Assembly: GCF_037042905.1 (NCBI RefSeq)
Contig: NC_087252.1
Location: 14,013,872-14,077,871, forward strand
Reading direction: 5' to 3'
DNA length: 64,000 bases
Source of the DNA: Lytechinus pictus
Taxonomy: Eukaryota
Within the stretch, counting starts at the first letter, position 1; each line of letters starts with the position of its first letter. Positions 1 through 11,300 of the stretch are shown piece after piece. Both the position numbers and the translations under genes were made by a program. The notes under the pieces were generated by a model. The model was not told the DNA's origin. It saw only the letters and a program-made list of their open reading frames with translations, and did not search any database.

Positions 1-1100
1 GACATGGGCGTTTTACCCCCCCCCAAAAAAAAAAAAAATAATAATAATAATAATAATAAATAAATAAATAAAAGAAAAGAAAAAAGAATCACGACCAAGA
101 AAAAAAAAGAGAGAAAAGGAAAGGGATTAGGATGAAATATGATATTATTTTCCAAATATTATGTCAAAATCTATCACAACCTTGTATTTTTGTAATAAAA
201 ATGTCAGCATATTTGCTTGCTCGCTTCGCTTACAGGAAACTTCTTATTAATTTCATGCGATACGCCATATCGAGCCCCCTCAAAATTGTTGGCTCATTAC
301 GCCACTGGAACAACCCCTTCAAAGAAAAAAAAAATCAACATTGAGCGGTCGATCGGGGAAAATATGGGTGAAAAAATCGCCCCCCTCATTATTTGCGGAA
401 GCTGGGTCCGCCCCTGGAATTAGGCTTTCAGGATAAAATACATGAAAAATTTAAAAAAAATTAGATCGCACTTCGTGTTCTCATTATATATTAAGGCCTT
501 GTGAAATACCTCAATATGTTTTTAAAAATAAACTCTCAGATATTCTTTAACTTCTACCCCCCCCCCCACATTTCATTGATTTTTGTTATCTTGGTGCCCT
601 CTACAAAAGTTCAACAAGACATCCCCCCCCCCCCCTAGGCACCCATGCTGAATAAATACGCCACTAATGAGGAGAATGAGTCGATTGCTTCGAGATTGTA
701 TTATTCCCAAGAAGCTATCATCAATATTATTGAAGGCTATTCTAAAACAACTAGTAAAGAAACTATAGCTCCCGTTCACACAATATTCTAGTAGGGCCTA
801 CTCTGGTGAGAAGTTAAACCAAATTGAAACCCCCCAAAATCGCTCGCGCTTCGCGCTCCCATTGATATTTCATTATTATATTCATGGATTTTTTCTTTAA
901 AGAACACATTAAAAGAGTGGTCTTTAATTGCCTTTTTTTAATGTGATTATAAGATAATTCAAAATCCATTTAAGGCAATTAAGTTAGCCTGGCTGGGAAG
1001 GAGTGGGCGCAATTTTTCGAAAAGTACACATGGGCGCCAAGAATCAGGTCAAATTTGGGCCCCCCCCCCCCCCTTCTCACGAAATCCTGGATCCGCGCCT

Positions 1101-1748
1101 GGGTTCTATAACAATAACCAAATTAGGGCAATCATCCCCTGACAACTACTTCAAGGAAATATGATCCCCATATTTTTACCGCCGGGGACTGTTACCCCAG
1201 AAATTTACCCTCGAGACAATTACCCCGGATAATTACCCTTAGTACGGAGCCTTTAAAATGCCATCGACGTGACGACACGGCGTGATACTTTATCTTGCCA
1301 TGTATAATTAATAAGCTTATTATTTCGACATGGCGAGATATTCTATCTTGTCAAGTCGATATGTCGACATGGCGAGATCTGAAGTGTACAAGTCCCGGCG
1401 AGAATCCCGATATATCGTCATGTTGACATATAACTTGTTACAAGTCGACTTGGCAAGATAAAATATCTCACCATGTTGACGTATAACTTTTTATATGTGG
1501 ACTTGGCAGGTATCTCGCCATGCGGACATAATAAGCTTATTTAGTCGACATGGCAAGATAAAGTATCTCGCCATGTCGTCAAGTCAATGGCATTTGAAAG
1601 GCTCCGTACTAGGGGTAATTGGCGTCTAGAGGGTAAATTTCCGGAGGGGGGGGGTAACAGTCCCCGACGATAAAAATATGGGGATAATATTTTCCTTGAA
1701 GTAGTTGTCAGGGGGCGATTGTCCTTTCGGTCATCGTTATAGAACCCC
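1101..1748. mobile_element. Large palindromic (foldback/MITE) element with a TA-flanked inner palindrome at 1245-1606
   Basis: GGGTTCTATAAC...GTTATAGAACCC ends with about 140-bp inverted arms. Inner CGGAGCCTTT...AAAGGCTCCG contains repeated GACATGGCGAGATA subunits. Confidence 0.8.
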
Positions 1749-1826
1749 ATGGACTCGTATCATTGACCGTTTGACCTCTTGATGACATTTGATCTCACTA
1801 TATCCTGATCATAATTTTACACACAC

Positions 1827-1920
1827 CGCGGACTATCGGACCCGCGGTCTATCGGACCCGCGGTCTATCGGACCCGCGGACTATCGGACCCGCGGTCTAT
1901 CGGACCCGCGGTCTATCGGG
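1827..1920. repeat. 16-bp GC-rich minisatellite (CTATCGGACCCGCGGW), about 6 copies
   Basis: Directly visible tandem repeat. Confidence 0.9.
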
Positions 1921-1939
1921 CTGTAACCGTTATTATTAC

Positions 1940-2143
1940 CTTGACATTCGACCTGTTTCAGAGCATCATGGACCATTTTCCTGCAGCCTCCAGACGTATT
2001 CTCTTTCTTCAGCAGACTCTTAACCCAATCCTTCACTCGTTCCACCTCATCCGACCCTTCCCCAATGTTTAGCTTATCCATCTCGGTAGGTGAGAGATAT
2101 GAAGCTATTCGAAGAATCTCTTGCTCTGATATGCCACCAAAAT
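1940..2143 (-). CDS. Receptor exon 9: shorter death-fold-like domain 4
   Basis: ISEQEILRIASYL...VKDWVK...MVHDALKQVECQ. Acceptor attttctag, donor AAG|GTAATA, 204 nt. Confidence 0.7.
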
Positions 2144-5100
2144 CTAGAAAATAATATTGTAGAAATGGTATGGACTTAGTACTTCGGACTTGATCCAATA
2201 CTCCGAATTCAATACTCATCATATATTTTGTTTTTGCTTACATTAGAATGTTTTGGTTTTTATAAATTTTGTAATTTTGTATTGTTTCTTTAATCTCGGC
2301 ATCGCTGGATAATCGCTGTATGCCGATTGCCGACAACTGTTGTAACATTTTGTGTGTGTTTTATTTATTATTTTGGCCTATATTAGCTACAAGAAGATTT
2401 TCATCAGGACGCTGCATCCTCAAAGCTCCGCTTTTTTTTTTTTGCGTCTTCCTCCATTCCAACCTGCTACTATGATAATTGTGACTATAACTTCCATTTT
2501 TATTGCATGAGAAAAAAATGAAATTTTATGGAAATTGAAATAAATAAAATGAAATGAAACGAACTGTATATGTTTTAACCATGAATAAATAAAGTCAAAC
2601 AAATAAACAAAATCTGAATTAACTGTAACCCAATAGGATCTTTGATAATACATCTATCAATATTTTCTTATCAATATGAAATGTATAGTCCTGCTGGTGA
2701 ACATTTGTTTTTACCATGTTAATCAGATATTAAACAGTCGAACTGCCCATGCACAGCAAAAACTGTGGTGTTAACCGGTGTACATAGAGGACCACACCAG
2801 TTATTTTACACCGGTGTTAAATTGGTGGTGTTAGTTTTACACCTATAGGTGTTACTACAACACCTGTGGTTGTTACATTTACACTCTTTGGTGTTATGTT
2901 CAATCTCTAGGGTGTTATTTTAACACCTCAGGGTGTGGTCCTCTATCAACACCAATTGGTGTCAGTTTTAACACCACAGTTTTTACAGTGTGCAAACTGC
3001 TGTAAACTTAGCGAATCTCTAGTGATACCTATGTAATTCTAGTTTTGGGTTTCAACGTTTTTGTTATAAGTATTTCTGCAATACATACAAAAATAATTAC
3101 GTGATATCAATATCAGTACTCACCATGTATAAGTGCAGTTGGAATCTGTTGAACATTCTTATTGCCTTGAGCGTAGAGGATGGTAGCTCCAAAGTGACCT
3201 GAAAATAATTATTGTTTAAGTTTGAAAGATCTTTAGTGCCACTACTGCGTGGATTCGTGTTTTGGGATGGGGGGCAGAAGTACAGAAAATGTATAATGCT
3301 GAATTTGCGCGCAGAGCGCACAGAAAAAAAAGAGCAATGTTTATGTTTGAAAGTATTGTTATGCTTTGTTTAATGTTTTTATAGTGCGATCCTTTGCTTT
3401 GTTCCAACACAGATTTTCCATATTACTTTATTTTCAAGTTTTCTAACTGGTTGGGCGGCAAATCGATATGTTTGGCCCCAATATTTTCATCTGGGGAATG
3501 GCTTGCCCCCTCACTCTGTCCAGGATCAACAACTATGCCGCTGCAAAATCTCCTACGCATAGTACACAAAAGCTCATTAATACAGTTCTTGGGCCAAGAT
3601 CATGATCAGTGACAATGGAAACCATCTTCCTACTCTTTTATTTGAACATTTTTTTTCCATTTAAAGGTGTGAATTCATCTTTACATTGTTACGTTTGAGC
3701 ATTTTCATGATTGCGACTCACGCAGTCATCATCCCGTATTCCGAAGTCGGGTTTAACTTTGTGCTCAAATTAGGGGAAGCTAAATATGTCAAAAATTTAA
3801 ATAAATAAAAAAATAAATAAATTGCATGTTTCTTATCTTTACCGTGATCTTCCCTAATTATTTTAATGGTGAATACAATTGTCTTGATAATATTTCCCAG
3901 ACAGTAAAGAATGATTAGAGAGTAATAGCTGATACTCTCCACTTCTACAGTTAGATATTTATATCACAATTGGTTAAACCACATATAGTTAAACCACAAC
4001 TTTAAACTAGAGTTGAAATTTAACCCGACTTCAAAATACGGGCCATATAGTCCACTTTGTGAACACACTGTGTGAAACTGTGTGCTTTTCAGAACGGTAG
4101 TCTATGCGCAGATAGAGCGAGCCAATAATGATAACGCCCAGGAAATCACAAATAAAGGTAGGACAATTGGCAGATTGGAGATTTTGCATATTAAAGATGA
4201 TGTAATGGCAGTTTTATTTTGGCAATAAAAAATGAAAAGCTGCAGAATCGTTACGGTCGTCTCAGAATTTGGTCGTAGAGAGTGTTTGGTTCCACGAAGC
4301 ATGAAGCAGTGAAGAACATAGTAAATGTATTACAAATGCCCGTCAAATTACAATGACATCTAGGAGGTCCTTGTCAAAAATGATCAAACCAAGGGGCCGT
4401 TTCATAAAGAACTTACCACTGTAACTTGGCCATAACGGCAACTACCATGGCAACAAGGCTCAGCAGCCAATCAAATTAAAGGTTTCCATGGTAGTTGTCA
4501 TAATGGTAAAGTTGCAAGTCCTTTATGAAACGGGTCCCAGAACAGCAGTTTCGTCCCAAGTTTTGGAGCTGACGAGAATATTGCAAATATTTCGTTTGCC
4601 CCCCCGGGGGGGGGGGGGCACTCAGTATATAATGCATAGTGGGTATGTGTCGCGGAGGGGACCCCCATTTTTACACTCAAATTTCCGTTCCGAGGCATAG
4701 CATTTTTGTCTTATTGAGAAAAAGAACAAAGAAAGCCGCTCCAGAGCATAGCATTTTCTTCTTCTCGAGATAAAAGGAAGAAAAAAATCCGCTCCAGGGC
4801 TTCGCATATTTTCCGTTCCGCCGTTCCGGTCGCAATTTTGGTGAAAAGCGGCCGCAGCTCGCTATCCGACCATCGCCTCTCCGCTAGCGCGCCCGTCAGT
4901 CGTGCCGCCGGGCTAGCTGCACACGTTCCATAAAGGGATGCATACGCACTCGCACGCAGGCGACCCGTTCCAAGGACCCCCGTTTTACAATGAGCCCGCT
5001 CCAAGGCCGCCGTTTTTTGTCTCGCCCGCGGCACACCCCTACCATTTTTTTGGTCGAGTACACCCCCCCCCCCCCCCGGGGTTTGCCCACAGCCCTGGAC

Positions 5101-8100
5101 GAAACTGCTGCTTTGGTTCGCCAATTTTCAACACTTGAGACCTCTTGGTTGTCCATTATCATGAAGGGCTTTGGCTATACATTTTCTATGTTCAATGTGC
5201 CGTGAATCATGGAAGCGAAAATTCCCTGGTAACAGTTCGAGAGCGAGCTTTTCATGTAGCAGAATTTTCTTGTTCTGTTGCCAAAAATGCCCAAGCTGCA
5301 TCGAATCCTTTTTCAATCTTAATTTTGACGGCTTCGGGACTGGTGCATGTGGTTGATTCAGCCAACGTAATCTGACGTACGTGAGACTAGCAGTTTTTGC
5401 ATTTTATTCTATTTCTCAATTTCAAGAAGTGTCATTTGTTATTTCTTGATATCATGAATCTAATTGGTTGATACAAGAAAAAGAACAGTCCTGTGAAAGA
5501 CGGTTTATCGTACGTTCTTTGGCATGTATTCCCTAAAGGTCCCGTTCAAGAAAGGTTTGGGCCACATTGCATAGGGTTACCTTACGGGATCTTTGCCATA
5601 CAGTGGTTACTGGCATGGAATCCTTGATTTTGATTAGTTGTTGATCAACGTAACCATGGTAATTACCATTGGATGGTAAAATTACCATAATAGCAATCAA
5701 TATGCAACGTGGCCTGGATTATACACAATTAAGAAATATCAAGCGCAAGATATGCGCATTTCATTGGTTAAAAATCAAATTTTGGATTTTGGATTGATCG
5801 CAACTCTTTCTGCAACGGGCCCCTGCTGAGACACCCTCCATGCAAGATTTATAAAGCGCTTTGTTTCTTAGCTCTGCATATACTTTTACCCGGGCATTGG
5901 CACAGCTACCCTGATCGTGCTGATGACTATCCTAGGAGTTATTTACTTCCCCTTACCCATTTACTACACCTGGGTGGAGATTGGCAAATGTAGATATACG
6001 CCTTGCCAATTAAAGGACGTGTCATGTTGAAATTCAAACCGGGATTCCAAATCCGGAGTTTGTGAATAAAATTCTGGAAATTTATCCAGTAAGCAACAAC
6101 ACCTCTAGACATTACTTTGCTCGTTATACCTTTGACATCCTCACGGCCAGCAGCACATATTGCACCATTCAGCCTGCGCCTCTTCTCGAAATTGCTACAT
6201 TCCTCTTTCCTGATCCAATCAAGAATCAGTCCCTGTGTGTCAAAAAGCGGTGTCCTATCACTTGCCGCGAGAAAATCTTCAAGATCCTTGACGATTATCC
6301 CAAAGGAATCGGACAGCCTTTTCACATGCCTGCTCGTCAGTCGTTGAACGAATCCAACAATTTCCATTTCGTCGATTTCTTCTAGCAAAGGTTCAGGCAC
6401 TGATAATAAAATAATTTGTGTGTGAGCATGGAAATACAATGATATTGCTTAAACAAGAGTATTTTCTTTACAATTTAAGCAGTCAAAACATTTATTATCT
6501 TGAAGGCCTATATTTATATACATGTTGAAATTCGGGTTCAGACCTCAATTCTTCTTTCAAATGTGTTTTCTCATTCTTTCGGAAACCTATTATCTAAAAC
6601 ATATTGAAAATTCGAAAAATTAAAAATCTCAAGGGATCGTGACTCCTGGTAATATTTTCCCCACGATATTCATTTTTCTGGAGACCTGATTATAGTTACA
6701 TTAATCATACCCTTACAATTTTATAAGATAGTGTACATTTATGATTAGTCATCTATAAACAAAAAATATATTGTTATGAGACAATGGTATTTCCTGTGTG
6801 CTTACATTATGAAATGTGAAACCTACCAAAGGGAAAATTCAACATTACTGGGTTAATAAAACACAATTTATTTTCCCATTAATGCCCACAAATGACACAG
6901 TTAAAGGCCTCTTTGTTCAAACTGTAACATTCCTTATAATTCTCTTTTGACTGGGTATTCATTTCAAATAAGTAAATAAAGGTTCATTGAAAGAAAATTA
7001 TACCAACAAAGAACTCTCTGTCAACAGGGCTGCATTCTACTTTCTCCAGAGCCAGACTCATCGAGACCTTTGAATTCCCTTGAATAGATCCCTCCCATTC
7101 AGTCAGCACTGCAACTGCTCTTGCGATAATGTCCTTCATCTTTCCTGCAGTACTTATTCGTTTTCCAGGTATGAGTTCACCTAGCAAATTGTTCGTCCTG
7201 TCTGGGTCTCCAATATGCCATAGGATGTGTTGAAATTCATCTTCAGAAAGACCCACATCCATTTGCTGTCTTGAATCTATGGAAGAAGAAAGTAAGTATT
7301 TCATTCCTGTTTAAAGGCATCAGTTGGACCACTGGCGGATCCAGGGGAGGGAGGGGGGCACAGCCGGTCCGTGGCTCCCTTTTAAGAGGCACAATAAACA
7401 TTTCAAACAGAAGTGTGCCCCCCCCCCCCCTTCGAAAGTGAAGATTATTTTTTTCTTTTTTTTTTGCTTGTCAATTTTTTTTCTTGGACGAACCCCCCTT
7501 AACTTTTCGGGAAAATGTGCCTCCTCCCATTATTCTAGGGGATAGCCTCAACAGTAAGAATGTTACCCGGGGGTGGGCACTCGACCAAAAAAGTGGTTGG
7601 GGTGTGCCGCGGGCGAGACAAAAAACGGGGGCCTTGGAGCGGGCTTATTGTAAAAAGGAGGATCCTCGGAACGGGCTTCGGAACTACAAACGTTTGTGAA
7701 AACGGGGGTCCTTGGAACGGGTCGCCTTCATGCGAGTGCGTATGCATCCCTATGGAACGTGCATGCAGCTAGCCCGGCGGCACGAGTGACGGGCGCGCTA
7801 GCGCAGAGGCGATCGTCGGACAGCGAGCTGCGGCCACTTTTCACCAAAATTGCGACCGGAACGGCGTAACGGAAAATATGCGAAGCCCTGGAGCGGATTT
7901 TTTTTCTTCTTTTTTCTCGAGAAGAGGAAAATGCTATGCTTTGGAGCGGCTTTCTTTGTTATTTTTCTCAATAAGACAAAAATGCTATGCCTCGGAACAG
8001 AAATTTGAGTGTAAAAATGGGGGTCCCCTCCGCGGCACATACCCACTATGCATTATATACTGAGTGGCCCCCCCCCCCCGGGGGAATGTTACCTGTTTAA

Positions 8101-8260
8101 CAAAAAAAATATATTAAACATTAAATACTGCCGATGAATACTTGCATGAAATAAATATACTCAATGATTTTCACTAACAAATTTGTTCTGAGCCTGTCAG
8201 ATGTAAATATTTTTGTAGTTATATTGAAAGTTATTTTCACTGACTATTTTTTTCATGTTG

Positions 8261-8321
<61 letters not shown>

Positions 8322-11300
8322 ATATGGGTGTATACATGTATATGCATATATTTATGTATATTGTGTATAATATGTGTGCGTATGTATGTATATGTTTATA
8401 CATGTCGCCTGCATGCTTATCCCTCCCTTCTGTTATGTATGCCATGATGCATTTACTATTTATAAGTAGACATGAGTTGTTTCTCGTTTTTGACGAAATA
8501 CTATTTTGTTTTTGTTTATCTGCTTATCTTCCTCAAATTATACATATTTTTGTATTATTTTGTACTTCTTGATTTGAACAAAATATTGGCGAATGCCAGT
8601 GACGTTCTAATAATTTCAATTCAATTCAATTCATGAAATGCTCCCAAGGTTGCTTACCGTATAAACATCGCCACTCGCTATCCAATCCCGCAGCTGACAG
8701 GGCTCTCCTTAGGTCCATAGCTTGTGTATCCTGCCTGTGACCATCCTTCCACTTACAGAAGACATCATACGTCTGCGCCCCATCCAGGTCGTCGGCAACA
8801 TCAGGAACGCCTAAATTTCGGAGTGTCTGACGTAGCTTACACATCTTGTCAAGCTGATCGTCCGCGTCATCACTGAAAATCAGTAGCCACAGCTCATAGA
8901 AGGATATATTTCCTTTGGTGAGGGGATATAATACATCGATCTTGTTAAGTTTAGTCTATATAGTTGTTGCACAGAGTATGACTTATGGAGTGTTGCAAGA
9001 AACGTGCAATTGATCGCAAGTCACTTTCAGGTCCTAAAATCAATTGAAAGTCATGCATTCTATTGTAAATATACAATCGATTGATGGTCTGCTTCTTGCA
9101 TCAACAAGTATTAAATGACTGGCCTTAGTTAAAATTGATCTATCACTTTGGATCTACAACTGAGATTTGCAACTGATTGCAAATTATATTATTTTCTTTC
9201 AACATCCCCTTATCGCGGCAAACGCATTCACGGTGTATTGATGAATACGCGGCAATGCGCGTCCTCTGAGCACGAATATACCCATGGAGCTATAAAACAC
9301 ATAGCTTCATGAGTTTACCAATACGGTGATGCGTAATATACCTCAGAAAGAAATTTTTGTTTCGTGTTTTCTTAAACAAAATATCCAACTTGAATTAAAC
9401 TAATTTCTAAAACATTGAATATCAACTCATTATACATGATGTCAACAATAATAGGCATAATGATGTTATTGTTATATTATTGATAATACGAATACTAATG
9501 ATATTAAAAATAATTAACGAATCACTCAATTGGTGTTTGTAATGTAAGTGCTGAAATTTAAAAACAATATTGAGTTTATAGTCCGACAAAGTAAAGATGT
9601 TACCTTGGATTATCGGGAGTGGATCTTTGTCTCCCTTTTCAACGTCATCTAATAGGGAAACAAATGAATAATGCATTGCATCATTTTTATCTAATGAAAG
9701 AGGAATAGTCTTTTGCAAAATGTTGGCGAAAGCGTTATTACTTACAAATAAATGAGAAATTTGCATAAATATTCTATTATCATTTTTTTGTCAATTTGTT
9801 ATTCAATTTTTACCGTAATTTTACTTAAATTTTTTACTGTAATTTTTCTGATGCATTGTTAGTTTTTTTTATGACGGAATGTGTTCCAGAATATGCTTTT
9901 TCAAATATCATGGTAAACCATTGTTCGAATTGATTAACAGAGATAAAATCTAGAGATCTGGTTTTGTGCAATTCGTGGAGAAAAAAACCCACCGGTCCTT
10001 ACATAAAATCCTGAAAATGCAGAAATTGTCGACAAGGCATTAAAAATCAGATGTTAACCCGCATTTAATTTTCGGATCTTCCTACATTACAATTATCATG
10101 AGTGGTTCCAAAAGATGAATAAAACTTGAAGGAAATAAGCCGCGAAGCGATGTCCCGTATGCGTTTCGGTTATGGAGGAGTAGCAGCATTTCGACAGGGG
10201 TTAAACTGACCCCCCCCCCCCCCATTAACTAATGGTTATAACAATATAAATTTCTGTATTAACAAATATATTTTTGAAATAAGTGAATACTTGCCTTTTA
10301 TTATCAAAGTTCTGCGCCAATGTAAGCACTTGACAATCACAATCACAACCACAACCAGTGATAAAAGTGATGATACTGGTGCAACTGAAAAAGAGAAAAG
10401 TTAACATTACGTTTAGTTCCAAATATTTTGGACCATGTATATTAATTATACACAATTCTTTCTCGTTTGGTCCTTATATTCAATCTCTATCTTCCATCTG
10501 TCGATGGTTCAAGATCACAAAATGAAAAACAAAATCGGGGCCGGGGGGGGGGGCTAGCCTTATTTGCTCTAGTGTTTGCAATTATATACGAGGTCTATCA
10601 ACTACAGTGGTTTTACCTAAATACAGCTATACATGAATACATTAAAAATGTATAAACGATTTCGCGTACATACAGGAGATTTATTGTTCTTTTCTCAAAG
10701 TATACTACTTTAAACACGAAAAATTAAAGTTATAAAGAAATGTTGATCGCAGGTATTATACTACTGATCCTTTTCCAGGAAATGTATTTTATAATAGAAT
10801 ATAAATTCGAAGTCATGCCCTACCAATTGTAATAATGTGGTACTTTTTCCTTTCCTTCGAAGAAACAGTTGTAAGTGGTAGCATCGCCGAGAAATCTTCC
10901 ATACGAACAACAATTTGCGTTGCCCTTTGTCCAGGAGTTCCGGGAATGCTTGATACGACACAGATGTAAGTCCATTCACCGATGACGGCATCGATGACGA
11001 TCGATCTGTTCTTCGTCCCGTCATCATTGACCACTTCTTCAGTTCGGGATAGAGCGACGTGTTGAAGGTCGCGGAGGAAGAAAAGGTCGACGGTAGGGAA
11101 GTAACCATTTACAGAGCATTTGATTTCAGTGGGATGTTTGGTTGTAATGTTACAAGGTTCGTTTGGGTTGGAGGGCGCCCTCTCGTTACAGTTTTCGATC
11201 ACAGGATAGGGATCCTCTGGACGTGCTATGAAAAGAAGGGGAGTAGATTTAGACATGATAAAGTTACTTAAATTTCTTGTCAACGTTAATTGTTTCATTT

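Noticed and set aside
573..779. Possible terminal exon of the receptor (ttgttttag|AATAG would give one residue then stop)
   Set aside because: No independent support; the gene may continue beyond the window.
1827..1920. Short repeat array resembling a CRISPR
   Set aside because: Head-to-tail 16-bp units without unique spacers, in eukaryotic intronic DNA.
2752..2990. CACAG terminus resembling an RSS heptamer or RAG/Transib element inside an Ig-domain gene
   Set aside because: TSD is 2 bp rather than 5, there is no heptamer-spacer-nonamer layout, and it fits a CACTA-like MITE.
4093..4157. Plus-strand exon-like segment (ttttcag...AAG|GTAGGA) encoding TVVYAQI, an ITIM-like motif
   Set aside because: Antisense to the receptor gene and no partner exons found; likely chance.
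4488..5205. Cluster of GC-rich ORFs (also 7324-8063)
   Set aside because: They lie within two copies of a non-autonomous transposon and show no protein motifs.
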